Shown here: piece by piece, positions 33,162-44,319 of the stretch
Numbering within the stretch: the stretch's first letter is position 1
How the letters are laid out: each line of letters opens with the position of its first letter
Assembly: GCA_047601445.1 (NCBI GenBank)
Contig: JASGJH010000001.1
Coordinates: 1,056,001 to 1,120,000, forward strand
Reading direction: 5' to 3'
Source: Myxococcales bacterium
GTDB taxonomy: Bacteria; Myxococcota_A; Polyangia; Polyangiales; DASUME01
Length of the DNA: 64,000 nt
Translations under genes and position numbers: made by a program
The notes under the pieces: generated by a model
The model's database searches: none
Told to the model about the DNA's origin: nothing
Seen by the model: only the letters and a program-made list of their open reading frames with translations

Positions 33162-33950
33162 GTGACCGAGCCCAAGCACCTGCTACGCGCCGGAAGCGGT
33201 AGTCCGCTCGTGCTGTTCCACGGCATCACGTGCAGTGGACGCGTTTGGCGGAGTGTGTTGCCCTACCTGGTGGAGCACCACGAGGTCATCATGCCCACCG
33301 CGCTCGGGCATCACGGTGGCGAAACGCCGCGAACCTTTCCCGTGCGCATCCGGGACGTCGTGGACGACGCCGAGCGCACCCTGGATCGCCTCGGACTCGA
33401 CCAGGCCCACCTGGCCGGCAATTCGATGGGCGGTTGGGTGGCGCTCGAGTTGGCACGCCGCGGTCGCGCCCGCACGGTGTGCGCCTTGTCGCCCGCCGGG
33501 GCCTGGGAGGACGTGGCCGAGACCCGCAAGCGGCTCAAGCTTCTGGTGGAGCTCACGCGTCGCACGCGCGGGGTGATCCCGTGGCTCGCGCTCTCCTCGG
33601 GCTTCCGACGGCGAGCCCTGCGCGACAATGCGGTGCACGGGGAGCGCCTGTCGCGCGAGCAGTTCATGGTGTTCATCGAGGATCTCTTGGCTTGCTCGGC
33701 GGCCGATGACCTGTTGGCCACCGGAGAGCGCCTGGATGAGCTGCGGGCGCCATGTCCGATCACGGTGGCGTGGTCGGAGCAGGATCGCATCTTCCCGCTT
33801 CACCGACATCTCCCCATCGCGCGCGCATGCGTGCCAGGGGCGGAGTTCCGGGTGCTGCCCAACGTAGGGCACGTGCCGATGATCGACGATCCGGCGCTCG
33901 TAGCGCGCACGCTGATCGAGGCTGCAGGGGCCCTCTCGCGAGCCGCCTAG
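33162..33950 (+). CDS. Alpha/beta-fold hydrolase
   Basis: LFHG, GNSMGG nucleophile elbow, D in WSEQD, GHVP. GTG start at 33162 after GGAGG (alternative ATG 33138). Confidence 0.9.
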   Translation: MTEPKHLLRAGSGSPLVLFHGITCSGRVWRSVLPYLVEHHEVIMPTALGHHGGETPRTFPVRIRDVVDDAERTLDRLGLDQAHLAGNSMGGWVALELARRGRARTVCALSPAGAWEDVAETRKRLKLLVELTRRTRGVIPWLALSSGFRRRALRDNAVHGERLSREQFMVFIEDLLACSAADDLLATGERLDELRAPCPITVAWSEQDRIFPLHRHLPIARACVPGAEFRVLPNVGHVPMIDDPALVARTLIEAAGALSRAA

Positions 33951-34582
33951 CCGCGTTGGCCTGCGACCAGAATGAGTCGCCCGATCTGCGCCACCGGATG
34001 CGCGTCGGGAAAGCCTGCGCCGTAGAAAGCGTCCAGCTGTTCGGCCTGGCTCATGTGCAGGCAGGTCCAGCGTAGGGAATCGTCCTTGGGGGTGTGATCC
34101 GCCACCGCCAGCAGCCCACCGTCAAGCAGCAAGCTGCGCAGCGTGGCGTAGAGCCCGGGGACATGTCGCTTGTGGCGGATTTCGTGGACGGCCTGCATGG
34201 CGACGATCGCGTCATAGGGACCTGGAAGTGCGCGCGCCCAGTCCGCGGATTTGAAGTTGCCGAGCATGTAGTGCGCGCGGTGGAAGGCGGCGAGTCGCTG
34301 GCGACTGATCTCGAGCATGGTCGGCGAGAAGTCGAGCAAGGTGTAGGAGCCGACATTGGAGCAGTGTTCGAGCACGTGGTGAGCCAACAAGCCCGGGCCA
34401 GCGCCGAGTTCGAGCACGCGTGCTCCTGGCGGTAGGGAGCGCAGCAGGGCCCCGATGGCCTCGCGTATGGAAGTGCGTCCCGGCACGGCTGTTTCGCAGG
34501 CATCCACCCAGGCCTGGGCATGCGCCGGGTCGCGGAAGTCGATCGGACTGGGCACGTCCAGCGTGCCGTCGGTGTATTCCAT
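33947..34582 (-). CDS. Class I SAM-dependent methyltransferase
   Basis: VLELGAGPG, LDFSPTML, YDAIVAMQAVH, LLDGG. Confidence 0.9.
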   Translation of the reverse strand: MEYTDGTLDVPSPIDFRDPAHAQAWVDACETAVPGRTSIREAIGALLRSLPPGARVLELGAGPGLLAHHVLEHCSNVGSYTLLDFSPTMLEISRQRLAAFHRAHYMLGNFKSADWARALPGPYDAIVAMQAVHEIRHKRHVPGLYATLRSLLLDGGLLAVADHTPKDDSLRWTCLHMSQAEQLDAFYGAGFPDAHPVAQIGRLILVAGQRG

Positions 34583-34668
34583 GTTGCGACCTCAGAGTAA
34601 GCAGGTGTCGAGCGGTCGTTACGGGCTGCTTGCGGGGGGATTGGGGTGAACGCCTATACTCGTCGTCG

Positions 34669-35414
34669 ATGGGCGTCATTCTGTTCATCCTGGCATCGGC
34701 CGTTGTCGGGATTCGCTTGCTGCTCTTGCATCGGAGCCTGCGCCAGCCGCCGGAGCTCTTCTTGGGGCTCGGCTATCTGTGGGCGGGCACGATCGGCTTC
34801 GGAGCCCTGCTGGTGGGCATGCTCAACACGCCGAAGGGACAGGCCGTGCCCGAGGCTTACGGCGCGTTCTCCGTGCTCGCTGGGGATATCGGGACGCTCT
34901 TCTTCTATCTCTTCGTCTGGTACGTCTTCCGCCGCGACAACTGGCTGGCCAAGGGCGGAATCAGCCTCGCGCTGGTGATCATGGTCACGTCGCTGGTGCG
35001 CGACACGTGGTTGGCAGGCGTGACCTTCGGGGCGCCCCCTGGCAGCTTGACCACGCTGGCGGCTGCGGGGATCCGCGGCGCCGTCTTCGCGTGGATGGCC
35101 TGCGAGGCCTTCGGTGGGTACCTGGCATTTCGGAAGCGCGCTCGCATCGGTTTGGGCAATCCCATGGTCGCCAATCGCCTGCTGCTTTGGGGACTCTCGG
35201 CGGTGCCGAGCCTCGGCGTCTCCGTGGTCGCGATCGGCCTCTATGTGACCGCTGCGGACCGCGCCGAGGTCGCCGCACGTCAGAACGCGGCCGGCGGCGT
35301 GTACGGGGTGCTCGCGGCGCTTGCCGCTACGACCCTCTGGCTCGCGTTTTCCCTCCTCGGTCCTACCAAGCATGGATCGAGCGAGGCGCCGACGCGGAGT
35401 CCAGCCATGGCTGA
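34669..35414 (+). CDS. Hypothetical seven-transmembrane protein (one T apparently missing at 35347-35350)
   Basis: Seven hydrophobic segments. Restoring one T gives ...WLAFFPPRSYQAWIERGADAESSHG* with a stop overlapping the next start (ATGGCTGA). As written, it reads through into the next gene. Confidence 0.65.
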
Positions 35415-35736
35415 TTCGGACGCGTTCGTCGTGGTGGCGCAGGTGCTCGAACGCGCCACCAACCTCAACGAGCTGCAATCGCGTGGCCTGGTGCGGCGTC
35501 TGCTGAAGGAGGCCGGCTTGTCCTCCGATGAGGTGTCGTCGCTGCAGCTCGCTGCCGTGGGCCGCAACCTGCTCGCTCCTGCCCTGCAGAAACAGGGCGT
35601 GTCCGACGTGGAGGGCGTGCGTGGGCAGTGGATGGACGCGTGCGCACGGCTCGACGGCATGGCCCGTCAGGCTCCGCGTACCAACGTGAGTAACACCGTG
35701 GAGGAGGTGTTCGCTCGCATGGGGCTGCGGCGCTGA
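35407..35736 (+). CDS. Small soluble helical hypothetical protein (109 aa)
   Basis: ATG preceded by GGAG; MADSDAF..LNELQSRGLVRRLLKEAGL..VEEVFARMGLRR. Confidence 0.65.
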   Translation: MADSDAFVVVAQVLERATNLNELQSRGLVRRLLKEAGLSSDEVSSLQLAAVGRNLLAPALQKQGVSDVEGVRGQWMDACARLDGMARQAPRTNVSNTVEEVFARMGLRR

Positions 35737-35784
35737 GGCCGACCGCGCGCTCGGCTGCAGCGCCGCGCGTGCTAAGGCTCGCGT

Positions 35785-36165
35785 ATGTCCGAGTCGCCCC
35801 CGAGCTCCGCCGCGCCTGGTCTCCACCGCGCGCGTTTCTGGGGCGCGGCCATCGCAGTGTCGCTCGCCGCCGCCGCGGGGGCACTGCCAGCGCTCGCGGA
35901 CGTCGTGAACACCAGCCTGGACGGTACGGGACTCCACCACGCTCGCGCCATGCAGGTGGCGACACGTGACCTGGCGCTAGTGTTCGGTGCGCTGACCGCG
36001 TCCCTCGCCAGAGCGCGCGGCGGCGTGCTTACACTCGGACTGACGCTCTCGGTGGTGCAAGGCTGTGATGCAGGCCTCGCAGGCACGACGGGGATGCGCC
36101 TCTTTGCCGGGGCTCTCGCTGCGCTCACGCTCGTCGCCAGCCTCCTGTTGTGGCGCAAACCGTAG
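35785..36165 (+). CDS. Small membrane protein (possibly DUF4267-like)
   Basis: About four hydrophobic segments with a RDLAL..VQGCDA pattern. Confidence 0.5.
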   Translation: MSESPPSSAAPGLHRARFWGAAIAVSLAAAAGALPALADVVNTSLDGTGLHHARAMQVATRDLALVFGALTASLARARGGVLTLGLTLSVVQGCDAGLAGTTGMRLFAGALAALTLVASLLLWRKP

Positions 36166-36328
36166 CGCTCGAAGCGCCACGCTTGGCCCAGCGCCGGTGA
36201 GCGCGCGCTCCCGCACAACGGACGGCTCGTCCGCCGCTCACCGGCGCGCCCGTGTGCGCGGGGATTCGCGAGCGAAGTCGCGGCGGCGGCGGTAGCTTGT
36301 CCATTTGTCCGCGGATCGAAGGGCAAAG

Positions 36329-39300
36329 ATGCGTTCTGACTTGAAGCTCCACCACCAGGTCCATCATGGATCGCGCTCGAGAGTGTGGCTCGCCACACGC
36401 GTTCCGACGGGCGAGCCGGTGATCGTCAAGGAGCACCTCGCGAGCCCGAGCGCATCCGTCGCCGCCGCGCGCACGCAGCACGAGTTTCGCATGGGTTCGG
36501 CCATCGACTCCGCGCACGTGGTGCACTACTTGGGGCTCGAACAAGACCGCAATCGCGTCGCGCTGTTGGAAGAGGCGGCGGGTGACAAGACACTGGCGGA
36601 GCTCGCCGCACGCGGGCTCGACGTGGAACTCGCGTTGCGGCTCTGCGTGCAGGTGAGTCGCGGGCTCGACGACATCCACATCCATCAAATCATCCACCGC
36701 GCGATCCATCCTTCCAACGTGGTGGTGGACGAACGCACGTGGGTCGCCAAGATCGTCGACTTTTCGGCGGCGTCCTTCGCGCGCAAGGGCACGACGACCG
36801 AGCCCGAGCTCGACCAGCTCGGGATGCCGCTCGCCTACGCTTCTCCCGAGCAGATCGGTCGCACGAACCGCGAGGTCGACTATCGGAGCGACCTGTATTC
36901 CTTGGGCGCCACGCTCTACGAGCTGTTTGCCGGACACCCACCGTTCGAGACCGATGACCCGCTGGCGCTGGCCCATGCCCACATGGCGCTGCTGCCGACG
37001 CCGCTCTGGGAGGCTGCGCCGCGCGTGCCGAAGCAAATCTCGCGCATCGTGGAGCGCTTGCTCGCGAAGAGTCCGGACGAGCGCTACCAGAGCGCCCGCG
37101 GGGTCGCGGAGGACCTGGACGAGTGCTTGCGACAACTGCGCGGTGTCGGCTCGGTGAGCACCTTCACGCTCGGCAGTTCGGACCGCCTGCAGCGCTTCGA
37201 GATCCCCGCCAAGCTCTACGGACGCAGCCGCGAACGCGCCCAGCTGCTCGACGCCTTCGGCGAGGCAGCAGCGGGGCACAGGCTGGTGCTCACTGTGGCC
37301 GGTTACTCGGGGATCGGAAAGTCGTCCCTGGTCAACGAGCTCGCCAAGAAGGTGGTGGAGCGGGGCGGCACGTTCGTCGCCGGCAAGTTCGACCAGCTCC
37401 ACCGGCACGCGCCCTATTCCGCGCTGTCTCAGGCGCTCAATCAGGCCTGCCGCCAGCTGCTCGGCTTGCCCGAAGCGGAGCTTCAGGTGTGGCGGCAACG
37501 TATCGTGGAGCACCTGGCTGGCAACGCAGGCCTGATCGCGGACCTGGCGCCGGACCTGGAACGCGTGATCGGGCGGCAGCCTCCGGTGCCGGCGGCCGGG
37601 CCACTCGAGGGGCCGCAGCGCTTCAGCCTGACGCTGGCGCGCTTCTTCGAGTTGTTCGCGTGCGAGGGAGCCCCGCTGGTCCTGTTTCTCGATGACCTGC
37701 AGTGGGGCGACCCAGCGACGTTCGAGGCGCTGTCGATGCTCCTGCGTCTGGAGGAGCCTGCCCACTTTCTGATGATCGGGTCCTATCGCGACAACGAGGT
37801 GAACCCGGAGCACCCGTTGTCGGTGGCCTTGGAGAATCTGCGTGGCAGCGGCGTCGAGCTACGCGCGCTGCAGTTGGGGGGCTTACAGCACGAAGACGTC
37901 AAGCTGCTCCTACAGGACACGTTGCATCGCGCGGACGCCGAAGTGGACGAGCTGGCCTGCCTCATCCTCGAGAAGACCTCGGGCAACCCGTTCTTCGTGG
38001 ACGAGTTCCTGCGCACGCTGCACGCCGAGCGCCTACTGCGCTTTCTGCCGCAAGAACAGCGCTGGAGCTGGGACCTGGAGGAGATCCGGGCGCTACAGAT
38101 CACCGAGAACGTGGTCGACCTGATGGTGCGCAACCTCGAGCGCCAGCCGAGGGCCACTCAAGACGCGCTGCGCCTCGGCGCGAGCCTGGGCAGTCGCTTC
38201 GACTTGGGGCTGATCGCCGACGCGGCGGGCGTCTCGTCGAGCGAGATGCTGCGCCGGTTGGCCCCCGCGATTCGAGAGCGGCTCATCTTGCCCGTGGGGC
38301 GACAGACCGTGGCCGGCAGTGCGCCGAGCGCGGCAGGCGGCAGGGGTGCGAGCGAAAGTGCCTCCGAGCTAGATGACTACGACTACCGCTTTCTGCACGA
38401 CCGGGTGCAGAAAGCGGTCTACGAGAGCATCCCGCAGGCCGCACGCCCGAGCCTCCACCTGGCTCTGGGCCGCTGCTTGCGCCGCGAGCGCCGCGACCAG
38501 ACCCGAGGCAGTTGGACGTTCGACGTGCTCGATCAGCTCAACCGCGCCACGTCCCTGATCGCGAGCCCGGAGGAGCGACGGGAACTCGCCAGGCTCAACC
38601 TCGAGGCGGGTAAGCGCGCGCGCGGCACCACCGCCTACCGCGAGGGACTGCGCTACTTCACGTTCGGCATCGCGGCGTTGCAAGGCGAAGGCTGGCGAGA
38701 CCACTACAAGTTGTGCGCGGCGCTTCAGCTGGGCGCCGTGGAGTGCGCGTACCTTGCCGGGCGCTTCGAAGAGGCCGATGCACGCTCCACTGAGGTCTTG
38801 CCCAAGCTCTCCACGCCGGGGGAGAAGGGCGAGCTGTACGCGCTGCGTATCCGCATCGAGACCAGCCGTGGGCGCTACGAGCGCGCGCTGGCGTTGGCCA
38901 GGGAGGGCCTCGCCCTGCTTGGGCATCCGGTGCCGTCCATGCGCTCGCTGCTGCCGCTCCTGGCCCTGCGCCTGCGTCTGCGCTGGACCATGGCTGGCCG
39001 CAAGATCGAGGACTTGGCGCGCGAAAAAGAGGCCAGCGACCCCGGGCTCCTGGCGCCCCGCAAGATCCTCAACGCGCTGATGGCGGCGGGCCTGTTCGTC
39101 GGCCCCCATCTGTTCTTCTGGGCGGCCCACAAGCAAATCCTCTGGGCGGTCGAGCAAGGCGTCAGCCCGGAGACCGCCGATGGCTGTGCCCACTACGGGA
39201 TGCTGCTGGTCTCCCACGATCGAGACTACGCCCAGGCGAGGCAGTACGGAGAGTTGTCGCTCAAGCTCTGCGAGCGCTTCCACGCCGCGGGCTTCAGTTG

Positions 39301-42300
39301 CCGGTTGTACTTGCTGGTGGGTGGCTTTTTGAAGCCGCACTCGCGTTATCACGTGCGCAGCTCGTTGCCGTATCTGGACCGCGCCGTGCACGCCGGGATG
39401 GCGAGCGGCGACCTGCTGTACGCCTGCTACGCGCTGACCACTTCTCCCATGCTGAGCTCGATGGCAGGGGATTCGATCGACCATGTGCTGCAGCGGATTG
39501 ATCGCGCCGAGCGCTCCACTGCGGCCTTCCGCTACGACGAGCTGAACTTGGTCGTGCGCACGATGCGTCAGTGCATGCTGTTGATCCAGGGCAAGACGGA
39601 GAGCACCACCAGCTTGTCCAGCGCGGGCGTATCGGAGTCGACTCTGGCGGACGCCGCCCATCAGAATCCCGGCTTCGAGCGCTTACTTCGGATGGAAGAT
39701 CATGGCCCTCGCCTTGGTGGGGGAGACTGCCGCGGCGGCCCGCCTGATTCTCGCCGAAGATCACGTGGTGGAGGCGGGGCTACCAGCCCACGTGATCCTG
39801 GCCTCACACGCGTTCTACGTGGCCTTCGTGATGGCCGGGGTACTGGGTGATCCGGCCTTCGACCAGGAGCAGGTGGAGCGGCTGCTGGCACAGAAACTGA
39901 AACGGCTGGCGGGCTTGGCCCGCAGTGCGCCCGTGAACTTCTTGCACATGGACCTTCTGGCGCGGGCCCGGCTGGCGCTCGTGCGAGGTCGCCACGAGGA
40001 GGCGCTCGCGCTGTGCCAGGACGGCATCCGCGAGGCCACCTTGAACGGCTTCCTGCAGCACGTGGCCCTCGGTTCGGAGCTGGCCGGCCGCATCTTGACG
40101 GCGGCGCGCAATGTCCAGGTCGCGCGGCGACATTTCGAGGCCGCCCGGGATGCCTATGCACACCTGGGCGCGGAGACCAAGGTGCGAGCCCTCGAGCGCG
40201 AGTTCGACTTCGAGCCCCTGCAACGCTCGCACGATTCGGTCGCACCCACGTCGATCGACATGCTGAGCGCGGTGCGCGCTTCCCAGGCGCTCTCCTCCGA
40301 GACCTCGCCGCAGGCCCTCCTCGAACATCTACTGCGTGTGATGGTGCAGGCCTCGGGGGCTCAGCGCGCCAGCCTGTTGGTCGAGCGCGACGGGGGCTAC
40401 CACATCGAGGGACATCTCGACTCGGAGGCGGGCGAGCTCCGCATCGCGTCCAATGGCACCGCCGTCGAGCCCGCTGTGGTCTCGGAGACCATCGTCCGCT
40501 ACGTGCTGCGCACCGGCGAAGAAGTCCTGCTCGGCGACGCCCGGCGCTCGGGGGCATTCACGCGGGACCCCTATGTGCTCCGGCACGCGTCGAAGTCCAT
40601 CTTGTGCATGGCCGTGCGCCACCGCGACCGCGTTTCGGGCGTGCTCTTCCTCGAGAACGACCTGTCGAGCGACGCCTTCACGCCCAACCGCATGGAGCTC
40701 CTGCGCCTGCTCGTGGCCCAGGCCGCCATCTCTTTCGAGAACGCACGACTGTTCGACTCCACGCAAAAGCTCAACCTGGAGCTTCGCTCCAGCGAGGCCT
40801 TGTTGCGCGACTTCTTCGACGGCATGCCGGTGGGTGTGTACGTGGTGGACAACCAGGGCAAGGCCGTGTTCGCGAACCGTCGGGCGACTGAAATCTCGGG
40901 CTTCGAGTTCGAGTCGACCGCGACCATCTGGGACCTTGCGCAGCGCTACCAGCTCTTCGTGTCCGGCACCGACACGCCATACCCGGTGGCTGGCGGACCA
41001 CTCGTGCGAGCGCTGCAGGGCGAGAGTTCCATGATCGACGACGCGGAGATCAAGAACGGCGAACGCCGAATTCCCATCGCTGCCTGGGGCACCCCCATCC
41101 GCAACGCCGACGGTCAGGTACGCTACGCCCTGGTGGCTTTTCAGGACATCAGCTTTCAGCGCGAGGCCGAGGCGGAGCGAGTCCGGCTCGAGGCCCAGCT
41201 CCACCAGAAGGAACGCCTCGAGTCGATTGGACGTCTCGCCGGCGGTGTCGCCCACGACTTCAACAATCTGCTGACGCCGATGCTCTTGTACACCGAGATG
41301 GCGAGGCAAAACCTGCCGCCGGGCTCGCCCGTGCACAAGCAGATCAGCGAGGTCCACCACGCCGCGGAGCGCGCGGCCGAGCTCACCAAGCAGCTCCTCG
41401 CGTTCGGTCGCAGGCAGATGCTCGAGCGCAAGATCGTGAACCTCAACGACGAGATCCAGCGCTTCGGCAGCATCGTGCGTCGCCTGGTGCGCGAGGACAT
41501 CGAGATCCGCATGCAGCTCGGCACCGAGCTCGATCTCGTCCGCGCCGATCCCTCCGAGATGCAACGGGTGCTGATGAATCTCGCGCTCAACGCGGCCGAC
41601 GCTATGCCGCAAGGCGGCTGCCTCACCTTCGAGACCGAGAACGTGACCTGGGGCGAACGGGACAACGCACGCTCCGCCGGGGAAACGCCGCTCTCTGGGG
41701 CCTGTGTGGTCCTGCGGGTGAGCGATACGGGCCACGGCATGGAGCAGGAGACGCTCGAAAAGGCCTTCGATCCCTTCTTCACGACCAAGCCTTTCGGGCA
41801 CGGGTCCGGCCTCGGCCTGCCGACGGTCTACGGCATCGTGACGCAACACGGCGGGCGCATGGCCGTCCGCAGCGCACCGGACCACGGGACCACCTTCGAG
41901 GTGTTCCTGCCGGCCTCGCGCGAGCCCTCGCCCGACGCCAAAGCGCCCGAAGAGGGTCCGCGCGCCAGTGTGCTGCGCGGCGCGGGGGAGACCATCCTGG
42001 TGGTGGAGGACGAAGACGCGGTGCGCGAGGTGGTGCGCGACGTCTTGGAGCGCCAGGGATATCGGGTAGCCTCCGCCAGCAACCCCGCCGAGGCCATCGT
42101 GATCGCCCACGACCTCGGGGCGAAGCTCGACCTGTTGGTAAGCGACATCGTGATGCCCGGGATGAACGGCCGTCAGCTGTTCGCGGTGCTCGCGGCGGAG
42201 AACCCGAGCCTGCGTGCGCTGTTCATCTCGGGCTACTCCGACGAGGTGCGGCAAGTGAGACCGGACGAAGCGGGGCCCCCGCTGCTGCGCAAGCCCTTCA

Positions 42301-42365
42301 CCAGCAAGGCTCTGGGCGCCAAGGTGCGCGCGCTGTTGACCAAGGAGAAGGAGAAAGAGAGCTGA
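36329..42365 (+). CDS. Hybrid Ser/Thr-kinase-like / P-loop ATPase / GAF / PAS / histidine kinase / receiver protein (one-base frameshift at ~39665)
   Basis: Kinase-like N-domain; GYSGIGKS, LFLDDLQW, GNPFF; GAF; PAS; GVAHDFNNLL H-box; NAADAM, DTGHGM, FFTTK, GLGL; receiver (VEDE, SDIVMP, KPF). ORFs join by removing one A (CAG[A]ATC). Confidence 0.9.
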
Positions 42366-42398
42366 GCACGCCCCCGAGGAGGGGGGCAGCCCGGGGCC

Positions 42399-44087
42399 TC
42401 AGCCCGGCCGGAAGTTCTGCGCGCGCTTCATGGCGAAGAACTCCCTTCGCGAGGTGAGTTTGGGCTCCACGAAGGCCCAGCGCCGGCCTCCGCGCTCGGC
42501 GTCCAGCAAGCGCTTTGCCTCGGCGAGCTCGCTAGCGTTGACCCCGCAGCGCATGGCCGAGACATCGATGCCATAGGCTTTGGCCGCGTTGAGGCCGAGG
42601 ATCTTGCGCTTGAGTTCCATGGTGAGGGCAGGGTAGCCGTACTGGTCCTGGAACGACTTGGAGATCTGGAACTGCAAGAAGGACTCGATTTGGCTCTGCG
42701 GGGAGCCGTACCAGATGGAGTCGGTCCCCCACACCACGTTGTCCTGTCCGACGTACTTGAGCAGCTTGCCGATCACGTGGGCCGCGGCGTTCATGAAGCC
42801 GAGACCAACGTTGGTGCTGATGACTTGCCAGGTCGTTCCCAGCTCGGCGAACACGTTGCCGTTGGGCTTGATACCGTTCGCGAGCAGCGACGTGATGAGG
42901 CTGTTCGTGCCCACGCGGGAGCCCTCGGTGTAAGGCCCTTCTTCGTAGCGTTGGTTGCCGAAGCCGGAGTGATAGATGATGAACTTGGCCTTCGGGAACA
43001 TCTTCGCGACGCGGCCGATGTCCTCGGGGTCGTTGTACTTGGCCGAGAAACCTGGGATGGGCAGCCCCTTGTGGACGCAGAAGGTGTTCACGCCGAGTTC
43101 GAGTCCCTTGGCGATGAAGCGCGCTCCGGTGGCTTCGTCGTCCAAGAAGTAGCCGCCGTTGGCCACGAGCTCGTTGTTCTCCGGCGCCCAGGCGGGGTAG
43201 CACTTCCAGGCGCCAACCTTGCCGTAGGTGTGGAGAGTGCGCTCCATCGCCGCAAGCTGCAGGTCCACCTTGTCCTTGGTGGGGCCCATTTGGTTGGGCA
43301 GCACCATGTGATGGTTGATCAGACGGTTGGTGCCGTCGGCCAGCATGTTGATGATGTCGCGCGACTCGGCGATCTCGGCGTTGGTGATCGGATTGTTGGG
43401 GTCGTCGACCGCGGGAAGACCTGAGAGCACGGCCACGGTGGTGTCGCTCTCCAGGAACATCAAGCGGATGTATTCGCTGCGGTCGAAGCAATCGACGGCC
43501 GAGGTGAGGCGCGGCCCGCAATACTGCGTGTACTCGTCGAGGCCCGTGAGGAAGGTGTTGTAGAGCGAGTTGGCGCGGTTGACGTGGTGGGTCTGAATGT
43601 CGAAGATGAACTCCTTGCTGGCGTCCAACATGACCTCGCACACGACCTCGGGGTCGGTCGGATCGTCCGGCACCTCGAAGTAGCCACCGTCCGAGCGCAT
43701 GCCCGCGTCTTGCCGCCCGCCATCGCGGCCACCGCTGCCGGGCCCTCCGGGCTCGCCGGAGCCACCTCCGCCGCCGTCCCCGGGGAAACCACCGTCCGGG
43801 CGAGGCTGCCCATCGTCGCTCGCGCAGGCACTCATCATGTTGAGCGCGTACAGGGAGCTGGCCATGCCCATGCTGCTCGCCAGGAACTCGCGCCGGTCGA
43901 GGTCGAGCCGCTTCGCCCCGCGCTCGGCGAGCTCGAAGATGATGCGCTGCGCCATGCGGCTTTGCCTGGTCTCGCCGCGGAAAATCTCGCCGTTGCTGAG
44001 CGCACCGATTTGCAGCGGAACCTTGGCCTGAATCTCCGGCGCCGTACGTTTGCGGTCACGGATCCAGGGCAATCGAAAGCGTTTCAT
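42399..44087 (-). CDS. Amidohydrolase (amidohydro_2-like metal-dependent TIM barrel) with twin-arginine-like motif
   Basis: FDIQTHH, KCYP, VHKGLP, IYHSG, ELGTTW, WGTDSIW, KILGLNAA; DRREFL motif then MSAC and a Gly-rich linker. Confidence 0.82.
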   Translation of the reverse strand: MKRFRLPWIRDRKRTAPEIQAKVPLQIGALSNGEIFRGETRQSRMAQRIIFELAERGAKRLDLDRREFLASSMGMASSLYALNMMSACASDDGQPRPDGGFPGDGGGGGSGEPGGPGSGGRDGGRQDAGMRSDGGYFEVPDDPTDPEVVCEVMLDASKEFIFDIQTHHVNRANSLYNTFLTGLDEYTQYCGPRLTSAVDCFDRSEYIRLMFLESDTTVAVLSGLPAVDDPNNPITNAEIAESRDIINMLADGTNRLINHHMVLPNQMGPTKDKVDLQLAAMERTLHTYGKVGAWKCYPAWAPENNELVANGGYFLDDEATGARFIAKGLELGVNTFCVHKGLPIPGFSAKYNDPEDIGRVAKMFPKAKFIIYHSGFGNQRYEEGPYTEGSRVGTNSLITSLLANGIKPNGNVFAELGTTWQVISTNVGLGFMNAAAHVIGKLLKYVGQDNVVWGTDSIWYGSPQSQIESFLQFQISKSFQDQYGYPALTMELKRKILGLNAAKAYGIDVSAMRCGVNASELAEAKRLLDAERGGRRWAFVEPKLTSRREFFAMKRAQNFRPG

Positions 44088-44319
44088 CCATCCCCCAAAA
44101 GCTAAGCGTCGCTCCACGTTCGCTACGCGATGGCTCGGGGTGAAGTAAAGACCTTTCGAGCTCTCAGGATGATCCGTGCAATGCCTCTGAAATGATCGCT
44201 TCGGACTAGACGCACTGGTCAGAAGTTTGGGTTCCGCAAGTGTGGCTTGCGAAAAGCCGTCGGACCGATCTACGAGTGCCGCGCCGTACTCCCCGTCGTA
44301 CTCGAAAGGTACTAGTCGC

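Noticed and set aside
34669..35414. Microbial rhodopsin supplied with retinal by the nearby carotenoid oxygenase
   Set aside because: The seventh helix has no Schiff-base lysine (no DxxxK or SxxxK), no rhodopsin helix-C motif is seen, and other genes separate the two loci.
34420..35736. 438-aa membrane fusion ORF given by the ORF track
   Set aside because: Its N-terminus overlaps the divergent methyltransferase. A one-T correction in a homopolymer yields two coupled genes with an SD and an overlapping stop/start.
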